Below are positions 48,201 through 56,870 of a stretch of 60,726 nucleotides of DNA, piece by piece. A model generated the notes under the pieces. The model saw only the letters and a program-made list of their open reading frames with translations. It was not told the DNA's origin and did not search any database. Source of the stretch: a virus. Taxonomy: Duplodnaviria; Caudoviricetes. The stretch covers positions 1 through 60,726 of IMG/VR virus record IMGVR_UViG_3300045131_000496. One strand, 5' to 3'. The position numbers and the translations under genes are program-made. Numbering within the stretch: position 1 is the first letter of the stretch; the number at the start of each line of letters is the position of its first letter.

Positions 48201-49371
48201 ACTGTTGAATATACTTTTCGGGTATCCTCATATGTCTTTAGCTAACATAGAGGTATTAAAACAGCTACCTAAGCTAATCTCTTCTGTAGTTAAAATAGCA
48301 GAAAATTTTTGGTTTGATTTTATAAAAATACTCAAAAGTACTATCTTGATTAGAATACCTCAGATTTTAATTACTAACATTATATCTAATGCTATTTACG
48401 TCATGAATACAGGTACTCTCAGTATTCCAGAGCTAGTTAGGATGCATAGTGAGAGTTACAGAGACGTAAAAGAGTATATGAACAACCATAAGGAAGCTGT
48501 ACGTTTATCTGTTATGATCAAAGAACTACAAGCTCAATACAATAGAGCAGGTAACAAACCGGCTATTACCGCAAAGATCAGTTCATTAAAGGCAGCTTTA
48601 GAAATTAAAGAACGTCATATGAAAAGCAGTAAAATCCATGAGTTAGTAGAGGCAGGGATGTTTCAGACAGTAGTAGAAGACGTAGAGACCTCTTCTCTTA
48701 ACACCAATAACAAGATCACTAGTTTTCTAGATGAGGTTACAGGAAAACTGCCTGGTGTTATTAGAGAGCCTGCAAGAATATTATACCTAAGTGACTCCAC
48801 AGCTTACGCAAAAATATCTAAAGAATTTCTGCAACTATCAGATTTAATGGCACGAGATATGGTGAATAGAAGACAGAAAGTGCTAGAGATGCAACAGGCA
48901 GATGGAAAGAAACCCCTACCTAGAGAGTTCCTTAGTTGGTACGAAGAAACTTACCATACTGAGTTAAACCCTCAACAGAGGTTGGTAGGTGAAGTTAGAG
49001 AGGTGTTTCTGAAAAAGGCTAAGGAATCTAGACACTATAATTTACTTAAGAGCTTTATTAACTATAACCAACCTAACGGCAGATTTGAGGAGTGGTTAAA
49101 TAGAGCAGGGTTGTTTATGTTTACTAAGTATGTTAAGAATATTCAGAGGATTATTACTCAAACTTCAGTAAACCATCCAGTCAAAACTATTTTGTCTTTG
49201 CTAACTTTTCAGTTTTTGTTTAATCAAGATATTATTCATGATCAAGCGTTTATGATAAAAGGGTTTGGTCAAGACGGTGAGTTTGGCTTGACCAATATAT
49301 TCCCATTTTATAATCCTTTAGATAGTATATTAACGGTAGTAAACCCACCGTTAATTCAGCTTGTTACCTGA
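45235..49371 (+). CDS. Separate C-terminal domain of N4-type vRNAP
   Basis: LEEVLHTATAF (degenerate zincin), EEFLAKGLSNP, IHELVEAGMFQTVVED and FINYNQPNGRFEEWLNRAGLFMFTKY resemble the C-terminal third of N4-like vRNAPs. Confidence 0.75.
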   Translation: MSSCRSQTKQEIEAVKNDYKAKLVEGRVLASDGTSYEASYKAIESADSVDSFIKGSNLRLGRSTITNNFIEELGEVLAIDRTSSNGTKRVKAEVLNVKVIDDVTILAAKVDNEVEVISFNRYGESTEVGGIKYEIPGLKAAVESIKNKGRRVKLSSEAKELLQGNIDLGSSSQKGLVDLRDYVKQEDYEHGNVEHMVGMLHKLNGISRNPSTQEFIQHAEGLLKGLHNHFLRGMNLYLRENADTSSGVVSLANNAIAIKVGKDKPKSTYATDAEVYLEEVLHTATAFAFRNNSNESNKLIRELRYLVTTAQAKTSWKDLLRVQESTATEEDIKNAKELYKYVFSSENADEEFLAKGLSNPAVYKHFQSINVLGSEGKATTMYQKIMDFFYKLMDVVLGRYNFADSSKSAADKLTELAIGLSEVNWRAQSKVEDIGVLGTINDSINDLDNAIAGKLKEFYDNVLSNDDPIERLPPDASVVEKTLFMAKFIGKAVTNKEYRKAMALVADGLGLKQEGTVQEFLATQFEESESKQAANWLKLANDMIDNQRNLVISSTENHIKKAFTRPLSEAEEVAITRALIDTNLGHLAYYRDNDKGVTNARLREWLTDDKVLLNHIYEVRQRVLDSLSKTPERANWVANQAHGLGYYMATGLTNEQQNLSGLNIVRGIGTNQRFEIDDTLLANVKELATLNAVRYTNQEYRNTLAELLKTEYEGVKRVANIYEAFKNDSSNKLFSKDPIHMIDGYSKELFDDTVVQAVVPISRKQEMEDAGYRYVGKLPKHASIVDGDALGVFISEGYTKVERLRGAVNLGGLSAKGSSLKEQKYNENPVLAGALFERDLIRLQRASNKIAIEMTKSSYDPAKHVTGVSPVYDNMGEVTDFRYVASKRNKEEWLGQNLKVSEVLARSMGSVVDKTHKEVQNKRVLEFLKKTMEEQWEGGELGKDTITKFTLIGPRVADRKMRETYQMLPSNIREWVSNRPDQTLAVPSELLNILFGYPHMSLANIEVLKQLPKLISSVVKIAENFWFDFIKILKSTILIRIPQILITNIISNAIYVMNTGTLSIPELVRMHSESYRDVKEYMNNHKEAVRLSVMIKELQAQYNRAGNKPAITAKISSLKAALEIKERHMKSSKIHELVEAGMFQTVVEDVETSSLNTNNKITSFLDEVTGKLPGVIREPARILYLSDSTAYAKISKEFLQLSDLMARDMVNRRQKVLEMQQADGKKPLPREFLSWYEETYHTELNPQQRLVGEVREVFLKKAKESRHYNLLKSFINYNQPNGRFEEWLNRAGLFMFTKYVKNIQRIITQTSVNHPVKTILSLLTFQFLFNQDIIHDQAFMIKGFGQDGEFGLTNIFPFYNPLDSILTVVNPPLIQLVT

Positions 49372-49524
49372 TTTAGTTAGGTCTAGTAGTTGCTTTATTA
49401 CGTATACAGCACCTAGCAGTAAAATACCAATAGCTACTATATACGAGATGTATAAAGTAGCTATGGTAATAATTATTAGGATTATTACAGTGAAAACAAT
49501 GCCAATAGAGTGGAAGTAGTTCAT
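49351..49524 (-). CDS. 57-aa membrane protein (not in ORF track)
   Basis: MNYFHSIGIVFTVIILIIITIATLYISYIVAIGILLLGAVYVIKQLLDLTKSGNKLN; TAATG coupling; overlaps the convergent ORF end by 21 nt. Confidence 0.65.
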   Translation of the reverse strand: MNYFHSIGIVFTVIILIIITIATLYISYIVAIGILLLGAVYVIKQLLDLTKSGNKLN

Positions 49525-49847
49525 TAGTACCTTCTTCTATAGGAAGTGGACCTTCTAGACTGTTCCTGCTTTTTGACTCTGTCGAACTCTTCTTTAGCTT
49601 TTGTAGCTAAGGGTCCTATAAAATTAGGAGGACTCGCATAGAAGGCGATACTGATTACTAGGGAAGCAACCATACCTACGACTAGTGCACCAAAAGAACC
49701 ACTAAATATTATGGTAATTAGGATGAGTAAGGCCATATCAAAGAAGGCATCTTCATACCGTTTCTTATCGAATTTTTTCTTAATAAGTAAAATGTTTAAA
49801 GCAGTTACTATCCCTATTATAGCGAAACCAATACCGTCCACACGCAC
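49524..49847 (-). CDS. Hypothetical membrane protein (about 3 TM)
   Basis: Three hydrophobic segments and a basic C-tail. Confidence 0.65.
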   Translation of the reverse strand: MRVDGIGFAIIGIVTALNILLIKKKFDKKRYEDAFFDMALLILITIIFSGSFGALVVGMVASLVISIAFYASPPNFIGPLATKAKEEFDRVKKQEQSRRSTSYRRRY

Positions 49848-49858
49848 CTCTAAAATTG

Positions 49859-50206
49859 TTATGTTAGTCTACAATTACTGTAGTCAGCTTTGTATAAAGT
49901 AAATGGGTCTTGGTTTTTATCCTTTACCCATTTACCAGTTTCTAGGTTGATCTGCCCTTTACGAGACGTAATTTCTTTTACTGTCTCTGCTAATGTAAGG
50001 TTAGGATCATACCCTAGTTTAAATAATGCACCTGTTGCTAGAACTATCATATCGTTTAAAGCATCCACTAGTTCATATTCATTATTACCAGCATCTTTAA
50101 ACTCCTCTAGTTCCTCATGCAACATGTCATATTCTGCTTGCTTATTAAAAGAGAACAGGTTACGTTCTCTATTAAAAGCAATAATGTTAGCTACATTGTC
50201 ACTCAT
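49859..50206 (-). CDS. MazG-like / PRA-PH-like nucleotide pyrophosphohydrolase
   Basis: MLHEELEEF..ELVDALND acidic motif of all-alpha NTP-PPases. Confidence 0.7.
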   Translation of the reverse strand: MSDNVANIIAFNRERNLFSFNKQAEYDMLHEELEEFKDAGNNEYELVDALNDMIVLATGALFKLGYDPNLTLAETVKEITSRKGQINLETGKWVKDKNQDPFTLYKADYSNCRLT

Positions 50207-50412
50207 TCGTAATCCTTCGAAAGTTTACGTAAGTTTAACAAAGCCTCACTATCCTGTAATGTAACAGTGTTACCTCTAGATTTAATAAACTTAGCAATAG
50301 TTTCTTCAATAAGATTGTACATATCTCTATTAGTAGCGCCTTTAGGTTCTTTATTGCCGATACCTTGCAACATTTTAAGCATATCTTGTGCTTGTTTCAT
50401 TTGTTCGTCCAT
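50203..50412 (-). CDS. Hypothetical protein
   Basis: GAGG RBS; ATGA overlap with the next gene. Confidence 0.6.
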   Translation of the reverse strand: MDEQMKQAQDMLKMLQGIGNKEPKGATNRDMYNLIEETIAKFIKSRGNTVTLQDSEALLNLRKLSKDYE

Positions 50413-50423
50413 TGTTAACCTCT

Positions 50424-50726
50424 TTAGTTTTTAAATTTTTGATTTACAAAATCTGTGTAGAATTTGCCTGTATGGTCTTCTATAGGTACTTCGGATACGT
50501 TTACACCATATAAAAAAGAAATATGTACGGTGTAGATATAAGATTCAAAGCTGTCTAATGCAGGATTTACACCTAACAAGTAAGCAAATATACCTTTATT
50601 GATGTCATACAGTAGTTTATCGTATGCCCAGTCATACTCATACACACCTGTATCGTCTTTACCTACCCAAGTGTCAACTAGTTCATGTAATGAGTTGTAC
50701 TTATTAACCTCAATTATGTCGTACAT
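50424..50726 (-). CDS. Hypothetical protein (start revised to ATG 50726)
   Basis: TGATG coupling to the upstream gene. Confidence 0.55.
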   Translation of the reverse strand: MYDIIEVNKYNSLHELVDTWVGKDDTGVYEYDWAYDKLLYDINKGIFAYLLGVNPALDSFESYIYTVHISFLYGVNVSEVPIEDHTGKFYTDFVNQKFKN

Positions 50727-51067
50727 CACACCCACCCTTCTTCTGTTTTAGTAACAATAGTTACTTGAGCGTCTGTAGCTCCATTAACTGTCATTAAATA
50801 ATCTTGTACTAGTTTCATATATCCACTAATATCTCTAACGGTATCAATGTACAGTGGATCACCATTAGCAATTCGTGCTAACTTATGAAACACCATATGT
50901 ACACCTTCAGCAATTACTGGATCTAGTGGTTTACCGTCTCTATGCACACCGTAGTAGTGCTGATTAAACGTATTCATAAAGACTTGCGTTAGCATAGCTT
51001 GAGTACGAAAATCACCGTAGCGGTTTCCACGTTCGTTTAAAGTAGCTTCAATTGTTTCGTCACTCAT
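50726..51067 (-). CDS. DUF6378-like phage protein (start revised to 51067)
   Basis: TLNERGNRYGDF..HKLARIANGDPLYIDTVRDISGY; AAGGGA RBS. Confidence 0.7.
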   Translation of the reverse strand: MSDETIEATLNERGNRYGDFRTQAMLTQVFMNTFNQHYYGVHRDGKPLDPVIAEGVHMVFHKLARIANGDPLYIDTVRDISGYMKLVQDYLMTVNGATDAQVTIVTKTEEGWV

Positions 51068-51080
51068 ATTCATTCCCTTT

Positions 51081-51110
51081 AAAAAAGTAAGAGGCATAAA
51101 ACCTCTTACT
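51081..51110 (-). terminator. Rho-independent terminator after nrdA
   Basis: Minus strand AGTAAGAGG-TTTTATG-CCTCTTACT followed by TTTTT. Confidence 0.75.
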
Positions 51111-51124
51111 ATATTTGTTAGTAT

Positions 51125-53794
51125 TTAAGCACTACAAGCCACACATTCAATGTTCTTACTACGAAGTAGTGCTTGTGCAGCATTAGTACCGTGCTGATAG
51201 TACAAGCCTTTTAAACCTAACTGCCATGCACGTATATGCAAAGCGTTAATCTCTTTAGCAGTATAGTTTGCAGGAATCATTAGGTTAATTGACTGACCTT
51301 GGTCAATGTAGTCTTGACGTACTGAAGCTTGATCAATAACAACTTCTTGGTTAATCTCACCAAAAGTTAAAAACACTGCTTTCTCTTCTGCAGTGAGAAT
51401 AGTGTCAGGCAAACCTAGTACAGATCCATCATTGTTAATGATAATGTCCCATACCTCTGCAGTATTATGACCTTTAGACTCTAGCAACTCTTCAAGATAC
51501 TTATTTTTGATAACTGTCTTTACTTTAGCTAGGTCTTTGATATAACAATTACTAAACGGAGGTTCAATAGACTGTGATACTTGACCTAGAATGAAGGCAG
51601 AGCTAGTTGTAGGTGCTACTGCAAATAATGTAGCATTACGTCTACCGTATCCCACTAGGTTTTCTGGCTCACCGAAGAGTTCAGCTAGTTCTTTAGAGGC
51701 TTTATTACCTTTAAGGTTTATAGTCTTGAAGATTTCTAGGTTTAGTTTAGCTGCTTCTTTAGACTCAAATGGTATCATTTTAGACTGTAGATAACTAACC
51801 CAACCAAGAACACCAAGACCTAAAGCCCTATTATTTCGGGTAAATGTATGAGAGCGTTTCATGTATTCCCATACTAGATTATCATCTCTACTAGATGAAT
51901 CTCGGTATGCTTCTAATTTAGCTATAAACTCAGAAGCTACAGCATCCAGGAAATAAACCATAGTTTCTACTGCGTCAGTATCTTTCCATTCGTCATAGTG
52001 AAGTATATTCATAGATGATAGGATACAAGTAAAAGACTCCTCTGGTGTAGACGGGAGATTAATTTCTACGCACAAATTTGAACTATTAATACGTTGATTT
52101 TTATCTCTAAATACGTCAGGAGCTTTATTGTTAGCGTTATCTCTGAACATTACGTACGGATAACCAATTTCTTTACGGGACTGTAAAAGCTTTGCCCATA
52201 CCTTACGTTTTGCTGTATCACCAGCGATCATTTCTTTCATCCAGTAGTCGTCAATTACCACGCCAGTATTCATGTCTTGGATTGCATGACCATCTGTACC
52301 TACTTCAAGAAATTCCATAATATCACCGTGATCAATAGGCAAATATGGAGCCATACGTCCTCTACGAGCTGAGTTACCACACACAAGAGAATGCCCATTT
52401 CTGCGAACGATCAATCTATGTGTAGGTACTTCAACACAGTATACATTACCTTCATACTCAACCTCTTTAGGTGTTACCTTTTCAACACCGAAGTATTGAC
52501 CTAGTGATAGGTATGCTTTGTATATTGGTTGTTTATTAGGGTCTTTCTCCCTTAAGTCTAGAGTAACAGTGCATTTGTACTTGCATAAAGCAGCAATACT
52601 CTGAACAATGTCTACATTAGACTTAATTATAGATGCGTATAAGAAGGAAGAAGGAGCTCCATGTGAATCCCAATTAGATACCTCCTCTAGGAACTCTGTA
52701 GCCCACTCATATGAAACATTAGTAATGTCTACCCAGTCTTCAAATGTCTTAGGTAAAACTTGTCCGACATTAACATAGAAGTTATGTGTTTGGTCAGTCT
52801 CATAAAAAGAGTAGGAGTAAGGAATACCTGCAGTTTCTAGTATCCACTCTAAGCGTTCTTTCTTGCGTAATTTAGCAAATCGGAACTTAAGGGCTTCTTT
52901 ATAGTTAGTTACTATAGCACCGTCAGCTTGCAATGCAATCAACAAACGCTCAAATGGTGTTAATCCTACACCGGAAGATTGTTTAGCTGAGTGTAGGAAT
53001 TTTACGTCACGATGCAATGGTACCTCATCTGCACGTTTAGTTACTAATTCTTGCTTTACTGTACGAGTGTAGCTAGTTACTCCATTCTCTGTAGTAGTAA
53101 TCTTTTTATCATAACTAAATATCATATTGTGATTTTTAGTCACTAATAAATCGATATTCTTAGAGTCTTTAAAATGAAGTAAAGGTTCATTCACAGGGTA
53201 CTCTATATAATCTAGCGGGAGAGTAAACGATACAGAATGGTCATCATGTACCTGTGCTACTTTGACATCACGAGTCATCATAAGCTGAGGGAAAGGCATC
53301 CAACCGGCTTCTGTTAAAATCTCAGTGTCTTTATCATAACAACCCTGAGAAACTACATTAGTGGTAGCCTGAAATAGCTCTAGGAAGTGTACTACACCTG
53401 TGGACTTACCATTATCAGTAATAGCAGCACCACGAGGACGAAGTTCCCCAAAGTAACCAGATGTACCTCCCCCTAGTTTAGACATCATCCCTACTTCGCT
53501 CTGTGCATAGAGAATACCACCGATATCATCTGTCACATGGCTATTAAAGCACGAAATCGGCATTCCTCTTTGCTTACCGAAGTTAGTCCAAATAGGTGTA
53601 GCTAGTGAATACCAACCTCTAGACATATAGTCATAAAACTTATCCGAGAAGCCTTCTATACCTAGGTACTTTTCTGCTGTATCTGCAATATGCCTAATAC
53701 GAGATTCTGCAGTCTCGCCTTCTGATAGATACCCTCTAGATAAAAATGTTCTAGATTCGTCTGTCAACCAATAAAATTTATCATATGTACGCAT
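51125..53794 (-). CDS. nrdA: Class I ribonucleotide reductase alpha subunit (no ATP-cone), intein-containing
   Basis: PISCF, GGGTSG, SNLCVEI, FTCILSS, APTTSS, DQGQS, LYY, C-terminal CxxC. Confidence 0.95.
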   Translation of the reverse strand: MRTYDKFYWLTDESRTFLSRGYLSEGETAESRIRHIADTAEKYLGIEGFSDKFYDYMSRGWYSLATPIWTNFGKQRGMPISCFNSHVTDDIGGILYAQSEVGMMSKLGGGTSGYFGELRPRGAAITDNGKSTGVVHFLELFQATTNVVSQGCYDKDTEILTEAGWMPFPQLMMTRDVKVAQVHDDHSVSFTLPLDYIEYPVNEPLLHFKDSKNIDLLVTKNHNMIFSYDKKITTTENGVTSYTRTVKQELVTKRADEVPLHRDVKFLHSAKQSSGVGLTPFERLLIALQADGAIVTNYKEALKFRFAKLRKKERLEWILETAGIPYSYSFYETDQTHNFYVNVGQVLPKTFEDWVDITNVSYEWATEFLEEVSNWDSHGAPSSFLYASIIKSNVDIVQSIAALCKYKCTVTLDLREKDPNKQPIYKAYLSLGQYFGVEKVTPKEVEYEGNVYCVEVPTHRLIVRRNGHSLVCGNSARRGRMAPYLPIDHGDIMEFLEVGTDGHAIQDMNTGVVIDDYWMKEMIAGDTAKRKVWAKLLQSRKEIGYPYVMFRDNANNKAPDVFRDKNQRINSSNLCVEINLPSTPEESFTCILSSMNILHYDEWKDTDAVETMVYFLDAVASEFIAKLEAYRDSSSRDDNLVWEYMKRSHTFTRNNRALGLGVLGWVSYLQSKMIPFESKEAAKLNLEIFKTINLKGNKASKELAELFGEPENLVGYGRRNATLFAVAPTTSSAFILGQVSQSIEPPFSNCYIKDLAKVKTVIKNKYLEELLESKGHNTAEVWDIIINNDGSVLGLPDTILTAEEKAVFLTFGEINQEVVIDQASVRQDYIDQGQSINLMIPANYTAKEINALHIRAWQLGLKGLYYQHGTNAAQALLRSKNIECVACSA
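52373..53341 (-). mobile_element. Intein (323 aa) with LAGLIDADG-like endonuclease region
   Basis: SQG|CYDKDTEILT...LLVTKNH...LLIALQADG...VYCVEVPTHRLIVRRNGHSLVCGN|SARRG. Confidence 0.92.
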
Positions 53795-53805
53795 ATATAC
53801 TTCCT

Positions 53806-55035
53806 TTAAAATAAATCTTCTTCAGAAAACGAAATCGCATTCTTGGTATAGTTAGTATTATGCCCTGTAAAAAAGTCTCTATGAATTGTGGTTTTAATTT
53901 GAATTTCAAACCATTCAGAAACTTTAAGTAAGTCTTGGTTAAGGTTATCTTTAATAGCAGGAAACCCAGCCATTACTAAACCTTTATTAGCTCTAAAGTA
54001 CATATACTCTAGTACAGATGCTTTAGATAAAAACTCAAGCTCACCTTCCTCAAAAATCCAATCGATGATTTTAGTCTCAGCTTTAAGTGCTTCTTTTACC
54101 ATTTGACGAACTTCTTGATTAAGTTCTTTAGTAAAAAACTCAGGCTGCTCTCTACGAATTACTTGAATAATATCTGCACCTACTTGACTATGAAGTACCT
54201 CTTCCAGCGCCGTGGCAGAAATTCCCTGAGCTAAACCCATGACTTGGTTACGTTCTTTATTAAACACGCTAATAGTTAAAAATTGCGTAAATAAGGACAC
54301 ATTCTCTACGAATAGGCTAAAAAAGATCAAAGCTTTTAAGTAATCTTCGTTACTTCCTGAATGACCACGTAACGATTCATTCATATACGCAATACGACCC
54401 TTCATAGCAGGTGTAGTTAATACTTCTTTAAACAAGTCGTTCAAGTTCAGTAACTCTAGTACTTTAGCGTAAAAATGCGCATGATATACTTCGTTAGAGC
54501 CGATAGTAGCACCTAGTTCTTCAAACTCTGCTTTAGGAAACCTATCACCTAGCTTGGACCAAAAAGACTTAACCTTAGCCTCTACACTTGCAATAGATAG
54601 AATAGACCTGATAACGGCAGATGAATGATGTTTAGGCATATTTACTAAAATATCTTGAACACTACTGTCTAGGTTAAATGAGTTATGTGTCCAAAATGAT
54701 TGATGAATAGCATCAATGTACTCAATAAACTGAGGGTACTCATACGGACGATATGAATCTCTACGTCTAAAGATATCTGGCTTGTGGCTAAACCTGTATG
54801 TGATATACTCTCTTGCAGTATTATGTGCTTTCATATCCATTAGGATATTCTCTACTGCAATATGAATGTCATCAACTTTTACAACAGCACTGCCATTGAA
54901 TGTAGTTAGCACAAGTTCGAGAACTTTAGAAGAGTCAATATTCTCTTTTGTCCTAGATGTAGCAAGCTTTACCGCTCTGATGACCTTATCATTATCCCAT
55001 TGTTGCGTAGTACCATTACGTTTTTCTACTTGCAT
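53806..55035 (-). CDS. nrdB: Ribonucleotide reductase beta subunit with N-terminal ATP-cone
   Basis: MQVEKRNG..DKVIRAV..VDDIHIAVENILM..AREYITYR ATP-cone; YRPYEYP, FWTH, ASVE, EVYHAHFY, VENVSLF, EEVLH. Confidence 0.93.
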   Translation of the reverse strand: MQVEKRNGTTQQWDNDKVIRAVKLATSRTKENIDSSKVLELVLTTFNGSAVVKVDDIHIAVENILMDMKAHNTAREYITYRFSHKPDIFRRRDSYRPYEYPQFIEYIDAIHQSFWTHNSFNLDSSVQDILVNMPKHHSSAVIRSILSIASVEAKVKSFWSKLGDRFPKAEFEELGATIGSNEVYHAHFYAKVLELLNLNDLFKEVLTTPAMKGRIAYMNESLRGHSGSNEDYLKALIFFSLFVENVSLFTQFLTISVFNKERNQVMGLAQGISATALEEVLHSQVGADIIQVIRREQPEFFTKELNQEVRQMVKEALKAETKIIDWIFEEGELEFLSKASVLEYMYFRANKGLVMAGFPAIKDNLNQDLLKVSEWFEIQIKTTIHRDFFTGHNTNYTKNAISFSEEDLF

Positions 55036-55054
55036 AATACTCCTTTAATTTTAT

Positions 55055-55465
55055 TCATTTAATTTCCTTTATTGGTATTACCTTAATCTCTGCTCTAGGT
55101 TCAAGTTTATCTTGACCTGCTATTGCCCATGTTGTTCCTATATGGTGTATGACATTGTCTTGTAAGATAACACCACTAGATTGAAGAGCATCTAGTAGTG
55201 TTTTAGATATAAGAGGTACTACATTAGAACCATCACAAGACGGATTTTTGTAGTACAGCTTAATATCTAGGGTGAACTCACCATTTACAGTGCCTGTAAT
55301 ATCAGTTTGATTTTTTACTAACTCTTCAAAATCACGCTTAAACTGGTTTTGATCTACGAAATGTGCATTCCTATACCAATTTAATGATACTAAAACGGTT
55401 TTATCACCTTTCTTGCTATTCTTTGTCCAATATATAGGAAGTGTGAATAGTAATTCTTTACTCAT
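55055..55465 (-). CDS. RusA-like Holliday junction resolvase
   Basis: SLNWYRNAH..DGSN..KTLLDALQSSGVILQDN. Confidence 0.7.
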   Translation of the reverse strand: MSKELLFTLPIYWTKNSKKGDKTVLVSLNWYRNAHFVDQNQFKRDFEELVKNQTDITGTVNGEFTLDIKLYYKNPSCDGSNVVPLISKTLLDALQSSGVILQDNVIHHIGTTWAIAGQDKLEPRAEIKVIPIKEIK

Positions 55466-55468
55466 GTG

Positions 55469-55738
55469 TCACAATACACGAGCTTTTAATACACCGTACT
55501 TACGGAAACGTACACGGTTTACCTTATCGCCTTTTGCAGGGCTGGAAGTATAGCGTTCAAAAGCACCAAAGTCTTTTACTTTAACTCGCTTACCTGCAGC
55601 AATATTATCAGCAATAATCTTGAAGGTATCAGTAACCAAACCTACTGCTTGCTTCTTAGTCATTAAAGCATTACGTTTTTGTAGTTCCTCAGCTAACATT
55701 TTTACGTTAACAATTTCTACATTAGTTGTATTATCCAT
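55469..55738 (-). CDS. HU/IHF-like DNA-binding protein (start revised to 55738)
   Basis: MTKKQAVGLVTDTFKIIADNIAAGKRVKVKDFGAF..VRFRKYGVLK; AAAGGA RBS. Confidence 0.8.
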   Translation of the reverse strand: MDNTTNVEIVNVKMLAEELQKRNALMTKKQAVGLVTDTFKIIADNIAAGKRVKVKDFGAFERYTSSPAKGDKVNRVRFRKYGVLKARVL

Positions 55739-55761
55739 TCTATTTCCTTTTAGGTTAGAGT

Positions 55762-55794
55762 AAAAACAAACCCGCAGAACATAAGAACTGCGGG
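55762..55794 (-). terminator. Rho-independent terminator after rIIB
   Basis: Minus strand CCCGCAG-TTCTTATGTT-CTGCGGG followed by TTTGTTTTT. Confidence 0.75.
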
Positions 55795-55802
55795 GTGGTA
55801 CA

Positions 55803-56870
55803 TTAACAAAGTGTATTTTTCTTAACTTTGTATTGTGTTTGGTGTTGTGTGAAGATGCCAAGCTCTTCATAGTTAAGGTTGCCTAGTACCCATGCACCAT
55901 TATCGTCTTTGACTGCAAATAAAAACACATCATCTAGCGAGCAATAAGCAAGACGTGCTTTACGGTTCGTCTCAGTTCTCGCTACTTGCAACATGTTTTC
56001 TTCATTACGGTATAGATAGTCAATTACATCTTCAACAGATTGTAATTTAATCTTACTAGATACATCTTTCATTACAGCAGTTCCTTTTAGTTCTTTATCA
56101 CGTTCTACTTCACGTAGGATTAGGTATTTACAAGCACGACCTTTCATGTCTCTGTAATCATTAGGAATAGACACTACGTCCGTAGGATTAATTTTAACTA
56201 GTACAGTCTTATTACTGACAGCACTTGCGTAACTATCTAGGTAGTCCCATGCAGCAAAGTGTAAACCTTTAGCACATGTCTTATTAGGATCTTTTTCGCA
56301 GTAGAAACGCTCTTCTTCAACTACTTTACCAGGACTGTTATCCATAGTGCCTGAGTAGATGTCTTTAAAGTCACTACGAACTCGCTTATAGGCTAAGAAA
56401 TCACCATCCTCTGCAAGAGTCATACCACAAGCTTGGATAAACCCAAATAGCTGTGAGTGTACGTCCTTATCAGGATTATCTGCTAGTTTACCTAGGAACT
56501 TGCTGAATGGCGTAATGTCACCGTTATCGTCTGCTACCCGTAAAATCTCAAAACGTAAATCGTTAGGGATATTAAACTCATAGCCATTCACTGTAAACTG
56601 TACAGCACTATTATCAGGGTCTACTACAATTTTGTAGTTTTTATCGATATGTTTAAGTGTTACCTCTGCACCATCTGCAATTTGTCGTAGACGTGCTGCA
56701 GGTGACATCAAGCTTAAGATAGTGTCAATATCTTGTGAGCCTTGATGGATTACCAAATCTACAACCTTACCGAAGTAAGGGTGTGATGATTCGATCATAT
56801 TAGGACTGCCGTCTAAACCCATAACAGTTAGGGAGTTGCCAGTATATAGATAAGTTAATGGAGTAGTCAT
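55803..56870 (-). CDS. rIIB: rIIB-like protein
   Basis: QLFGF..EDGDFLAYKRVRSDFKDIYSGTMDNSPG..DPNKTCAKGLHFA..VKINPTDVVSIPNDY..KGRACKY. Confidence 0.9.
   Translation of the reverse strand: MTTPLTYLYTGNSLTVMGLDGSPNMIESSHPYFGKVVDLVIHQGSQDIDTILSLMSPAARLRQIADGAEVTLKHIDKNYKIVVDPDNSAVQFTVNGYEFNIPNDLRFEILRVADDNGDITPFSKFLGKLADNPDKDVHSQLFGFIQACGMTLAEDGDFLAYKRVRSDFKDIYSGTMDNSPGKVVEEERFYCEKDPNKTCAKGLHFAAWDYLDSYASAVSNKTVLVKINPTDVVSIPNDYRDMKGRACKYLILREVERDKELKGTAVMKDVSSKIKLQSVEDVIDYLYRNEENMLQVARTETNRKARLAYCSLDDVFLFAVKDDNGAWVLGNLNYEELGIFTQHQTQYKVKKNTLC

Noticed and set aside
35081-49371. crAss-like or phiKZ-like multisubunit RNAP, or stop-codon recoding explaining the split
   Set aside because: Motifs are single-subunit N4-type (no DxDGD); both junction stops are TAA, the dominant stop in this genome, and other genes are intact under the standard code
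55739-55870. N-terminal extension of the HU-like ORF
   Set aside because: Runs through the rIIB end and a terminator; a good RBS precedes ATG 55738
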